From the NCBI GenBank assembly GCA_002727275.1, contig PBWO01000034.1:19941-83940 (forward strand): a stretch of DNA of 64,000 nt, in the 5' to 3' direction. Shown in pieces: positions 9,967 to 19,939 of this stretch. The notes under the pieces are model-generated. The model saw only the letters and a list, made by a program, of their open reading frames with translations, made no database searches and had not been told where the DNA came from. Numbering within the stretch: position 1 is the stretch's first letter; each line of letters opens with the position of its first letter. This DNA comes from Methanobacteriota archaeon (GTDB lineage Archaea; Thermoplasmatota; Poseidoniia; Poseidoniales; Thalassarchaeaceae). Position numbers and translations under genes: made by a program.

Positions 9967-10475
9967 TTGAGCTCCAATACTAATGAGCCATCTGACCATC
10001 TAGCAGCTGCTATCGAATCACCATCGTTTAGTGAGAATTGCTTGATGGACCCTCCAAATCTTTCAGGCGCAATCAATCTCACTAGGTTTTCACTGCCTTC
10101 AGTTCCAGTCTCAATGACCAATTGGTCAGGGACAGTCGAAGGTAAAGGAATTGAAATCTCCCGGTCTCCCATAGAACCTCCAAATTCTGACAACATCTCT
10201 CCAATTGGCTGAAAATCTCTCGACATCATCTTCGAAGCCTCGACTGAGTTTGAGAGATCTGAAACGACTGCCCAGTGCTCGTTTCGAACTTCCTCAAGAT
10301 GAGGAATAGAGCCCATGAATTTGTCATGCATCTGTTCGGCAGTAGCATCCAATCCTGACTCAACAACACCCAGACTTGCATCAATCTGAGCACTGGAGTC
10401 CGGCATCTCAACTTGTATCCTCGACCACTGCATTGTCACTCCGAAGCAAGAGACTCGGATGAACCCATTGCTCAC
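9963..10475 (-). CDS. Hypothetical protein with a C-terminal Hsp20/alpha-crystallin-like segment
   Basis: 170-aa ORF. Its GTG start overlaps the TGA stop of the upstream XPD gene (GTGA). The C-terminus RFGGSIKQFSLNDGDSIAAARWSDGSLVLEL resembles the last strands of alpha-crystallin domains. TAA stop. Confidence 0.45.
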   Translation of the reverse strand: MSNGFIRVSCFGVTMQWSRIQVEMPDSSAQIDASLGVVESGLDATAEQMHDKFMGSIPHLEEVRNEHWAVVSDLSNSVEASKMMSRDFQPIGEMLSEFGGSMGDREISIPLPSTVPDQLVIETGTEGSENLVRLIAPERFGGSIKQFSLNDGDSIAAARWSDGSLVLELN

Positions 10476-12583
10476 TCAATGTGCTTGGCCGGGTCCGGGT
10501 TGTTTCTGAAGAATCTCTCTGCGTGTCGCTCAGTACGGACTGAATCGACACTCTCTACCATGTGCATACCTTCAGGTAGACAGAACTTGTATCCTCGTTG
10601 TAACAGTCTCTTCTCCAGAAGGACTACTAATGCTCGGTCTGCTGCTTTTCTGATGGGCCTCCCCATAGCCTGAAGCAGCCGATTTATCGCAGGCTGAGAG
10701 CCTGCATATCTCCAAGCCGTCTGCTTTCCGTAACGCTCCTCATAGTAACTTCTCAAAGCATCCTGTCTGGAGCTTGGAGGGGGTAAAGGCAGACCTATGC
10801 AGATTACAGCATCGAGGATGTTTCCAGGATAATCCACCCCTTCGGCCAGTTTTCCACCTAGGACTCCAGCGAGTATGGCCGGAGTTTCTTCACGTCTATA
10901 TCGATGCAGGGTGTCCACCATTCTGTCCATCTTTTCCTTTGAGTCACCAGGTCTCTCTTGCAACATCCGACGACTCTTAACTATCCAATCCTCATCCTCG
11001 ATTAGTATCTGCTCCAACAAAGCATAACTTGGAGCGAAAACGGCTACATGACCAGGCGTCTTCTTGAGGACTGAGTGAATATGCGCCCTCAATCTGGAAG
11101 TATTTTCTTCTCCTCTATCCTGGTACCTGCTTGTGACATCTTTGGCAATCAGCACAGGTCGTCTCTCGGATAGGAAGTGTGAGGTATATTCCTTGATGAT
11201 GGAGACTCTATCCAAGGGGATCTTGAGGAGGTCTCCGTACATCTTTGGAGGAGATAGTGTACCAGACATCATGATTGCTCCACTGCACATTTTGAGAAGA
11301 TCTTCCGAGACCACGCCCGGGTCCAGAAGATGAGTTGTGAGACGATGCTCCTCTCCGGCAATCTTGTCATGTACGAGTGCGAACGCCGGACTATCGTGAT
11401 TCTGCATACAAGTCTGAAGCAAGATAGCCAATCTCATGCAGGCAGTCTCTTCTTCCATATCCTCATCAGTCTCATCGACTTCGACCCTAATCGTCTGCAA
11501 CATCTTGACAAGCGCATCAGTCTCGATACTCCTCTCTACATCTTCGGCGAGTATTCCCGAAACTCGCTCAACGAAATCCGTCATCGAAACTCTCTGATCC
11601 TCACCCACACTACCGGCAAGCCCACCCTCAATCTCTGCAAACCACCGCGGTAGCCCTTCTCTCAATCTCCTCATCGCGGCTTTGGACCTCCTGAGGCGGT
11701 CTAATTCGGAATTATTGGCATCTGAATCCGCTCCTTCGAGTTCTGCACCTTTTGATTGAAGAGTTTCAGTATGTTCCTCAATCTCAAATACTGCATCTCT
11801 AATGACTTTCATCGTGATTCTTCGCTCGAATCCTCTTCTAATTCGATCTGGCAGGTTGTGCGCTTCATCAACGACCAGAATCATATCATCTAGATCTAGT
11901 CCCATGGCAGATAGAGATGAATCACGCACTGCCTCAACGAATACGTGATTGTAGTCACATACCACGATGTCTGCGAATGAAGCAGACTCTCTAGCTGCCT
12001 TCCAAGGGCATATTCCATGCGGCAATTCATTGTCGCGCCCTTCGCACATTGAGACCAACTCATCCACATGCAATGGGTCTTGGAGAATTCGAGGCCGAAT
12101 TAGTTCCGAGTCGGCAAGCCATGGTTTGCAAGTCCTGGAACCTCTCTTATCGGCACACAGCCTCGAGAACAGAGCCCTGTGTTCGTGTCTGATTTCATTG
12201 ATGCACATACCTTGTTGTCCAATCAGATCGACCAACTTAACCTTGCTGTTTTCATCGAGTTTCTCATTTATCCTACGGACTGTATCTACGACAATCCTGT
12301 GTTGTGACTGTCTACCGGTAAGGAACATGACAACTTTGGGTTCTGAGGATTTTCTTGATGCATCTAAAGCGGCTGCCAGTGCGGCTGCAGTCTTGCCTAT
12401 CCCCGTAGGTGCTGAAGCGAGCAGAAAACCTCCTGAACCTAGAGCTGCGATCCCATCGACAATCATCTCCCCTTGAGACTCTCTGAGCTCATCGTGAGCG
12501 AGAAAAACCCCGAACTCCCCGGATTGATTTGGCCTCATGGAAACCGTCCTGACGATAGAACGACCAAGAAGATTGGCCATCAC
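10472..12583 (-). CDS. xpd: XPD/Rad3-family (DinG-like) 5'-3' DNA helicase with a 4Fe-4S cluster domain
   Basis: Walker A APTGIGKT and DEAH box VVDEAHNL. Four Cys in the Fe-S arch (GMCINE, RLCADK, RTCKPW, GICPWKA). C-terminal helicase motifs GKLAEGVDYPG and QAMGRPIR. The likely ATG at 12580 overlaps the upstream TGA (TGATG). Confidence 0.9.
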   Translation of the reverse strand: MMANLLGRSIVRTVSMRPNQSGEFGVFLAHDELRESQGEMIVDGIAALGSGGFLLASAPTGIGKTAAALAAALDASRKSSEPKVVMFLTGRQSQHRIVVDTVRRINEKLDENSKVKLVDLIGQQGMCINEIRHEHRALFSRLCADKRGSRTCKPWLADSELIRPRILQDPLHVDELVSMCEGRDNELPHGICPWKAARESASFADIVVCDYNHVFVEAVRDSSLSAMGLDLDDMILVVDEAHNLPDRIRRGFERRITMKVIRDAVFEIEEHTETLQSKGAELEGADSDANNSELDRLRRSKAAMRRLREGLPRWFAEIEGGLAGSVGEDQRVSMTDFVERVSGILAEDVERSIETDALVKMLQTIRVEVDETDEDMEEETACMRLAILLQTCMQNHDSPAFALVHDKIAGEEHRLTTHLLDPGVVSEDLLKMCSGAIMMSGTLSPPKMYGDLLKIPLDRVSIIKEYTSHFLSERRPVLIAKDVTSRYQDRGEENTSRLRAHIHSVLKKTPGHVAVFAPSYALLEQILIEDEDWIVKSRRMLQERPGDSKEKMDRMVDTLHRYRREETPAILAGVLGGKLAEGVDYPGNILDAVICIGLPLPPPSSRQDALRSYYEERYGKQTAWRYAGSQPAINRLLQAMGRPIRKAADRALVVLLEKRLLQRGYKFCLPEGMHMVESVDSVRTERHAERFFRNNPDPAKHIE

Positions 12584-15489
12584 TTCGTGATTATAGCCTC
12601 AGAATCGCGACTATCCAGAATCACCTTTAGAGAACTCTCTAGCCTCACATGCCTCAAAGGGCCCGACTCTATCAAAGCATCTTGCAAGTCCAACCAATCC
12701 CAATCGAGGAAGTCGTCAGGACCAATGGTCAGGTAACCTATGTTGAAAGTGATGATGTTCTGGAAGAAATGCGTTCCCTGCGAAGGTTCGACATGGATGT
12801 CAGCCATAGGCACCTCGACAATAGCCCTAGATCCCATGATCTGCTCCCATTGGACAGGAATTCCCAATGAAGGATCGGATGAACCCCATCTACCAGGGCC
12901 AATCAAGATGTAAGGGCATTCCTCATCCCTCAGGGCGGCGTCAATGGCCTCGATTTCAGAAGTCAAGTCAACTGTGTGCATCCTGTCTAGTCTCTCTGGA
13001 TGGACATAGACGATGTCTCGAACATCCTCGATCACACCATTGCCCAAAGATTGGCTACAGATGCAGACTGCCTTTCCCCTGTCGACTTTATCAAGATCGA
13101 CGTCAATGTCCACTGACCCATCCATCATAGGGCGTACTTGGAGGATAGCAAAGCGTTTTGAGCCAGAAGAATCGATTGAAACAGCGAACTCGATTTCAAC
13201 CGGTGATCCGATGTAGTTCTCGCAAGAAGTCAGGACGTGATGCAGAATCTCTGATAGAGGAAATCTGCCATGTTTTAGGATGGGTGCAAAGGTTACAATC
13301 CTAGGCCCTCCATCAACTTTGACAGAATCAACAATCCGATCATCAGAGGTGACATATGTCGAACCAACAAGTGACAGGCAACCGTCTTTCTCTGCCTCTT
13401 TCAATCCCAGGTTGAGGAGGTTTTCTTCTTCAGAAGGATGAACAGAACCACTTTCTTGATTCATAGGGATGGCGAAGAAATTCCTTTGAGAGGTATCCAA
13501 TGTAGATTGGTTGTTGTGAAACTGATGTATCCTGCGAGGCTGCCCAGGGCTATACCTGAGGCACTTTCCACCGGTTGCGACCTGCCTGCCAAGACCAATG
13601 CAGATCGCTGCAATCCCATCTTCAGGTAGGAGCGGCTCGACTGGGTAGTGATTGTGACTCCTAGCAGCTCCCGAGATGATAGGATAGAATCTACCATTGA
13701 CTTCGTCTCCGATTAACTCCTGAATCACCACCGCCATCCGCTCGTCTTCTATCGTACTCGGAGTGGCACTGACATATGCCTTGGCCGCCCTGTGGTAAGT
13801 AGATGCATAAACCAACTTAACAGCCTCAAGCAACCGACTGAGCCTGATTTCTGAATTTGGATGGTCGTTGGCTAGCATGTAAGTTGAATACACCCCTGCG
13901 AATGGCTGATGACTAGAGTCTTCAAGCAGACTGGAAGAGCGAACAGCGAGAGGCCAGTCGATTCCCTCAATTAACTTAGAGAACTCGTCCACTATATCTT
14001 GTCGAAAGTCTGCTTGTAGGAAGGCCGAATCCACGACTTCATCGTCGTAGTCTTTGTACGCGAATTTGGCAAGCTCATTATCATCGATGAATTCCTCGAA
14101 TACATCTGTTGCCAAAACTATTGATCGAGGAATGACAAAATCAACTTCGGGATGTGAATCACTCAAGCCCAAGTCAGGCATCCTAGTGAAGAAGAACGCC
14201 AAACCCCTCCCCTTTCCACCTAGGCTACCTCTACCTATTCTCTGGAAGCCAACCCCTCCTGTACTTGAGTCAAAATCTCTGATTGTACGCATCTTGACGT
14301 GTTCGATATGGCCTCGGAGGGAGTCGGCTAGATACGACCTGACTCCCTCTGAATCCTCAAAATCCTCCACTGTCATCGGCCTCATCCTAGCAGCAAGTGA
14401 GAATTCAGTCCGTGTCCTTAACCAGTGAGAGAACTGGTTTCTACTCGCATGATGCTCAATGCTCTCTATCGGTGCAGACTCGATTCCCTCTGCAAGCTCT
14501 TTGAGATTAGAAGCCCTTCCGACTTCAGCACCATCCGGCTTGCGGAAGACGAAATCTCCGAAGTTCATCTCTTCTACCATGAAGTCTTCAATGCTCTGGT
14601 ACAGTTGACTGTCTTCCTTGTGCAAGAATCTGACTCCAAGGGCCTCAGCTTCATCTTTGAGTTCAATGTTCTTAGATTGGAATAGAATCGGTAGATAACG
14701 GTGACCCTGCTGAGCATATTTCACCAACTCTAAGCCCGCAGTATCTCGATTTCCCCCTTCATTAGGGAATCTTCCATCGGTGAAAACTCCGATAAGATTC
14801 TTCTGATACCTGTTGATTATCGACTTAGCAGATTCCATGTCTGAGGCCAATAGGATCTTAGCCCTAGCACGAAGCCTCAGGAGTTTTTCATGCAGATTTC
14901 CGCCCTCGCCCATTAGTCTGGTTGTTTGATTGACTAACTGCGTGTACAGTAGCGGCAGATATGCAGAGTAGAATCGGCGACTATCCTCGACTAGCAGAAT
15001 GACTTGGACATCTCCGTCTCTGACATCATTCTCCACGTTCTTCTCGTCCTCGATTAGTTTGCATATAGATAGCAGAATCCTACTATCGCCAGTCCAGACG
15101 AAAATTCTGTCAATGCCCTCACCCGCACTCAAGCCTGCCAACTCTCTAGTATTGTGACTGAGCATCATCACCGGTAGTCCGGGGCAGATATTCTTCGCTT
15201 CGATTCCAAACGCGTTTACATCCATGTCACCCACCCGAGCCATCGTGATGACTACATCGAACTCCCGAGCCTGCAGCAATCTCAAGGCATCCCGGGCTTC
15301 TGGACTGTGGATTATTCTCGGAGACTGAGATAAGTTGAGGTCCGAATACTCCTGGCGCATTATCTCGGCCAAGTATCCTGATTCCTCAAGCAGGTAGTGA
15401 TCGAAATGGCTAGCTACTAAGAGTACATCACGAACCCTGAAAGGAGTCAATCTTTCGAACCGACTCCAGTCGGACATGCCTTTGTCCAT
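12580..15489 (-). CDS. Receiver-domain / PEP-pyruvate-binding (PPDK N-terminal ATP-grasp) fusion protein, 969 aa
   Basis: The N-terminus has two CheY-like segments: VLLVASHFD (degenerate) and VILLVEDSRRFYSAYLPLL. The centre carries the PPDK_N/PEP synthase ATP-grasp signature GSLGGKGRGLAFF...AVRSSSLLEDS...FAGVYSTY. No canonical swivel-His TSHAAI motif was seen. Confidence 0.75.
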   Translation of the reverse strand: MDKGMSDWSRFERLTPFRVRDVLLVASHFDHYLLEESGYLAEIMRQEYSDLNLSQSPRIIHSPEARDALRLLQAREFDVVITMARVGDMDVNAFGIEAKNICPGLPVMMLSHNTRELAGLSAGEGIDRIFVWTGDSRILLSICKLIEDEKNVENDVRDGDVQVILLVEDSRRFYSAYLPLLYTQLVNQTTRLMGEGGNLHEKLLRLRARAKILLASDMESAKSIINRYQKNLIGVFTDGRFPNEGGNRDTAGLELVKYAQQGHRYLPILFQSKNIELKDEAEALGVRFLHKEDSQLYQSIEDFMVEEMNFGDFVFRKPDGAEVGRASNLKELAEGIESAPIESIEHHASRNQFSHWLRTRTEFSLAARMRPMTVEDFEDSEGVRSYLADSLRGHIEHVKMRTIRDFDSSTGGVGFQRIGRGSLGGKGRGLAFFFTRMPDLGLSDSHPEVDFVIPRSIVLATDVFEEFIDDNELAKFAYKDYDDEVVDSAFLQADFRQDIVDEFSKLIEGIDWPLAVRSSSLLEDSSHQPFAGVYSTYMLANDHPNSEIRLSRLLEAVKLVYASTYHRAAKAYVSATPSTIEDERMAVVIQELIGDEVNGRFYPIISGAARSHNHYPVEPLLPEDGIAAICIGLGRQVATGGKCLRYSPGQPRRIHQFHNNQSTLDTSQRNFFAIPMNQESGSVHPSEEENLLNLGLKEAEKDGCLSLVGSTYVTSDDRIVDSVKVDGGPRIVTFAPILKHGRFPLSEILHHVLTSCENYIGSPVEIEFAVSIDSSGSKRFAILQVRPMMDGSVDIDVDLDKVDRGKAVCICSQSLGNGVIEDVRDIVYVHPERLDRMHTVDLTSEIEAIDAALRDEECPYILIGPGRWGSSDPSLGIPVQWEQIMGSRAIVEVPMADIHVEPSQGTHFFQNIITFNIGYLTIGPDDFLDWDWLDLQDALIESGPLRHVRLESSLKVILDSRDSEAIITK

Positions 15490-15763
15490 GCTGCCGGATG
15501 GACGTCCAACGCATCAAGGTTCAGACTACTCAATTAGGGTGCCCCGCACGAATGTGCGGGACGGTGTGTGTTGATTCTCAAAGCAGATTATCCTTATCAG
15601 CCCTATTCGGAATTCTAGGAACTTCGCGAGCATCGTATCCTGCAGCATTGGAGAGTTTCGCCCTATTGACCAATCCTCTGAGGTTGCGGGAAGGTTGGGC
15701 GAGGGGGCGCTTACTGCGCCCCCTCGTATTCCCGTGCATCCCATCATCGCTCAATCTCTCACC
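15490..15763. other. 274-nt GC-rich, hairpin-rich non-coding spacer (candidate structured RNA or 5' leader)
   Basis: No credible ORF. There is a perfect 11-bp hairpin at 15700-15726 (CGAGGGGGCGC-UUACU-GCGCCCCCUCG) and a 7-bp hairpin at 15543-15560 (CCCGCAC-GAAU-GUGCGGG). The direct repeat GCCCTATT sits at 15600 and 15660. Confidence 0.25.
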
Positions 15764-16138
15764 TCATATAGCGTTCGAATCTTCATCAAAGCGCGCACGT
15801 AACTCATCCATACGCATCTCGAGAACCCTGTCAACAGTGGCTCCCTCAAGTGTTGCCTTGGCAATGTGCGTGCGAGCCGCCTGACGCAAAACGGAGGAAG
15901 GAGTATCTCCGTGTAGCTTGCAGAAATCTCTCATCCTAGCGGTCAAATCGGGCCCAAGCTCTACTTCGACACGATCGCCCATTGAAGGCAGAGGAGATGC
16001 TAGGTACTTGCGAACAGCCTCCCGAATAACATCTGATCTATTCCTCATTCCATCAAGGCCGACACGCTGGTCGATTTCAAGCAAGTGATCTTCGGGTATT
16101 CTCATCGAAACCATCGGACTGACACCGGCCACTCGCAT
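15764..16138 (-). CDS. Ribbon-helix-helix (CopG/Arc/MetJ-type) DNA-binding protein with two RHH-like units
   Basis: MVSMRIPEDHLLEIDQRV...RSDVIREAVRKYL fits the strand-helix-helix pattern. A second unit is VEVELGPDLTARMRDFCKLHGDTPSSVLRQAARTHI. Confidence 0.65.
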   Translation of the reverse strand: MRVAGVSPMVSMRIPEDHLLEIDQRVGLDGMRNRSDVIREAVRKYLASPLPSMGDRVEVELGPDLTARMRDFCKLHGDTPSSVLRQAARTHIAKATLEGATVDRVLEMRMDELRARFDEDSNAI

Positions 16139-16176
16139 TCCTCCTGAGTCTGGCAGACCGGGTAGAGCCTATTAAT

Positions 16177-16204
16177 TGTATTGCAATTGAAATACAATTG
16201 AAAT
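16177..16204. promoter_or_regulatory. Palindrome / tandem repeat in a divergent promoter region (candidate operator for the adjacent RHH protein)
   Basis: TGTATTGCAATTGAAATACA is a 20-nt near-palindrome with 2 mismatches. CAATTGAAAT is repeated at 16183 and 16195. It lies between the divergently transcribed RHH gene and the HD gene, in an AT-rich context. Confidence 0.4.
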
Positions 16205-16306
16205 GCAAGATATTGTACATTTGGGATGATATTTTTCAGAATTACAGAGATTTACGATAGTGCGATTCAAGGCAGAGTGTCCTTTCGCAACCCCGCAGGG
16301 TCTTCG

Positions 16307-17623
16307 ATGAAGGTAATCAACGACGCCATCCATGGGCAGTTCAGAATTGAGGGTGTCAGGGCTGATTTGCTAAGTACTCCCGAGATGAACAAGTTAAGCC
16401 ATATCAAGCAATTGGGACTCGCACATCTTGTATTCCCGGGAGCTCATCATACTCGCTTTGAGCACTCATTAGGCGTCTCACATATTGCAGGAATGATGGC
16501 CGAGTCTCTTGGCCTAGATGAACATGAGACCAATACTGTACAGGCCGCCGCCATGCTGCACGACGTAGGACATGGGCCCTACTCGCACACATTGGAGCAT
16601 ATTCTGCACGAGAGAGGGGGCATGGATCACATGTCTATCACCGAGGGAATCATAGTCGGCGACTACGATGTACTACGAGAAGGAGAGGAGAATTCCGTTC
16701 TAGACAGAAGAACTGTACCTGAAATTCTTGAATCACACGGACTTGATCCTAAGGAGGTCGCTGGACTGATTAGGGGTCCCGGGGCCGGTGGAACTGAACG
16801 CTCGTTGAATGCATGGACGGCCGGCAAGGAAGACTTCGTCGACCAAGATCTTACTCTCGCCCATTTAGTACACGGCCCTGTAGATTGCGACCAACTTGAT
16901 TACCTGCTCAGAGATTCTCATTTCACGGGTGTCAAGCATGGAATAGTTGACCACCGCAGACTTATCATGTGTCTTGAGAGGCATAGTGGCGACATAGCGG
17001 TCGAAGAAGGTGGCCTACCGGCCCTTGAAGGAATGATGATGGCTCGCGCCCTGATGTACAGTGCAGTCTACTTCCATCGTGTTACCAGAGTTACCGAAGT
17101 CATGCTTTCGAGAGCAGTGGAGAGGAGCTCAGATAGCCTGCCCGATTCTATAGATCTGCAACGCAGAGTAGACGCAGAGATTTGGGAAGCTTTGTCTGGA
17201 GCAGGAGATTATGCTCAGGACATGATTAGACGACTCAAGTACAGACAACTGCTCAAAGTATGTGCTAGTAGGCGAAGGGAGGATCTGAGCGAAGAACAGG
17301 CTACGAATCTACTGAGTATAGTAGAGAACCCGGAGAGCAGACGTCAATTCGAGGATGATCTAGCTCATCGAGCAGGCCTTCCTCCGGGCTATGTTGCAGT
17401 AGATGTGCCGAACATCAAACTCTTACTTGCTGAACCTAGGATGTCGCAGGTCGAAGTTAGGATTCTGGGCGATGATGGAAAGACTCGCTGGTTCCGTGAA
17501 CACACTCCGATTGCCGACGCACTGAGGAACCGCCAAGTAAGCCAAGCAGCAGTATATGTCATTACTCTACCTAGCCACCGTGAAAAAGTCGCGCAGTTGG
17601 CCGAAAGACACCTTTTCTCCTGA
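16307..17623 (+). CDS. HD-domain phosphohydrolase (COG1078 / SAMHD1-like dNTP triphosphohydrolase family)
   Basis: MKVINDAIHGQF... N-terminus. RFEHSLGVSHIAG and AAMLHDVGHGPYSH HD motifs. DCDQLDYLLRDSHFTG. The track ORF starts at 16226, but family members begin at the MKxIxDxIHG motif (ATG 16307). Confidence 0.85.
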   Translation: MKVINDAIHGQFRIEGVRADLLSTPEMNKLSHIKQLGLAHLVFPGAHHTRFEHSLGVSHIAGMMAESLGLDEHETNTVQAAAMLHDVGHGPYSHTLEHILHERGGMDHMSITEGIIVGDYDVLREGEENSVLDRRTVPEILESHGLDPKEVAGLIRGPGAGGTERSLNAWTAGKEDFVDQDLTLAHLVHGPVDCDQLDYLLRDSHFTGVKHGIVDHRRLIMCLERHSGDIAVEEGGLPALEGMMMARALMYSAVYFHRVTRVTEVMLSRAVERSSDSLPDSIDLQRRVDAEIWEALSGAGDYAQDMIRRLKYRQLLKVCASRRREDLSEEQATNLLSIVENPESRRQFEDDLAHRAGLPPGYVAVDVPNIKLLLAEPRMSQVEVRILGDDGKTRWFREHTPIADALRNRQVSQAAVYVITLPSHREKVAQLAERHLFS

Positions 17624-17731
17624 TATTATCGGGCTCACATAGTGCCTTATTTCGGGATAACTAATGATGAGACCATTCAAAAGCCCCTCCACGCTCGCGC
17701 AAGCGCCCGGTCCCTCAAACAGGAATCGTAG

Positions 17732-18916
<1,185 letters not shown>

Positions 18917-19105
18917 AACAGCCTGAGGATGAATTGGACCCGTGAAGAGGTCGACGAGAAACTCGAAGGAATCATGGTCAACATCCACAAGAACGCCTAT
19001 GAGACTGCTGAGAAGTATGGAGTATCTGGCAACTACGTCGCCGGAGCAAACATCGCCGGTTTCCTCAAGGTAGCCGAAGCAATGCAGGCACAGGGAATGG
19101 TCTGA
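18917..19105 (+). other. gdhA: In-frame continuation of gdhA after the internal TAA (last 62 codons of GDH)
   Basis: In the same frame as 17750-18916 it translates to NSLRMNWTREEVDEKLEGIMVNIHKNAYETAEKYGVSGNYVAGANIAGFLKVAEAMQAQGMV-TGA. This matches the conserved GDH C-terminus (E. coli ...GLEMAQN...NYVQGANIAGFVKVADAMLAQGV). Confidence 0.85.
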
Positions 19106-19108
19106 AAC

Positions 19109-19939
19109 TCAGCCACGAGGTCGCTGACCCTTTCCATCCGGAACATATCCGTGCTTGGCATCGCCATCGACTAGTTTCTCATGTACATGCTCTAGCACTT
19201 CATCCTCATGAATTGATGATAGGAACTTCCGCATCCGCTCAGTTTTGGGCTCATCGATAATTGAAGACGGCCCCTCTTCAGCCACAACTCCCTCGTCCAT
19301 GTAGACTACTCTATCTGCGACATCCCTAGCGAAACTAATCTCGTGTGTAACAACTACCATTGTCATGCCATCATCAGCAAGGCTCCTGATGGTCTGTAGG
19401 ACCGAGCCGATTAACTCAGGGTCCAATGCGCTCGTAGGCTCGTCAAACAACATCACTTCTGGCTTCATCGCTAGCGAGCGAGCGATTGCTACTCTTTGCT
19501 TCTGACCTCCTGAAAGATTTCCAGGATAAGCATCTTTCCTGTCAAGCATATCGACCCTGTCGAGCACTTCTAATGCCTGCTTCTCGGCTTCTGCCTTGGA
19601 CATCCCTCGAACTTGAATCAATCCTAGAGTGATGTTGTCAATAACTCTCAGATGTGGAAAGAGTTCGAAGGACTGGAAGACCATGCCAATCCTCGATCTG
19701 ACTTCGTTTATATTGGCATGTGGGGTGTTAATCTGCTCGTCCTTGAGGTAGACTTCTCCGTCTGTCGGCTCAATCAACCGGTTAATGCACCTAAGTACGG
19801 TAGACTTACCACTTCCCGAAGAGCCGATTATCGCCACCGACTCCCCTTCCTTTACACTGAATGATATGCCTCTGACAGCATGCACTCCACCAGAGTAAAT
19901 CTTGTGCAGATTCTCTATCCTTAGAAGCCCATCAGACAA
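19109..19939 (-). CDS. Polar amino-acid ABC transporter ATP-binding protein (GlnQ/HisP type) with a short C-terminal extension
   Basis: Walker A GSSGSGKST, Q-loop, signature LSGGQKQRVAIAR, Walker B MLFDEPTSALD, H-loop VVVTHE. The TTG start directly follows the permease TGA. Confidence 0.9.
   Translation of the reverse strand: MSDGLLRIENLHKIYSGGVHAVRGISFSVKEGESVAIIGSSGSGKSTVLRCINRLIEPTDGEVYLKDEQINTPHANINEVRSRIGMVFQSFELFPHLRVIDNITLGLIQVRGMSKAEAEKQALEVLDRVDMLDRKDAYPGNLSGGQKQRVAIARSLAMKPEVMLFDEPTSALDPELIGSVLQTIRSLADDGMTMVVVTHEISFARDVADRVVYMDEGVVAEEGPSSIIDEPKTERMRKFLSSIHEDEVLEHVHEKLVDGDAKHGYVPDGKGQRPRG

Noticed and set aside
11967-12476. 169-aa plus-strand ORF inside xpd, plus the analogous 33720-34253 (inside putA) and 52963-53544 (across the aminotransferase and the next gene)
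   Set aside because: They are antisense shadows of genes with unambiguous family motifs.
15490-15763. Attempt to call this spacer (and 30400-30597, 61382-61788) as RNase P RNA, SRP RNA or a C/D-box sRNA
   Set aside because: Partial look-alikes exist: GGGAAGGUUGGGC, GCAAGUCCGC with ACAGAG 130 nt downstream, and AUGAUGG with distant CUGA. However, spacing, order and the complementary P4 strand or helix-8 AGCA element are wrong or missing. This cannot be decided without a covariance-model search, so I reported them only as unassigned structured regions.
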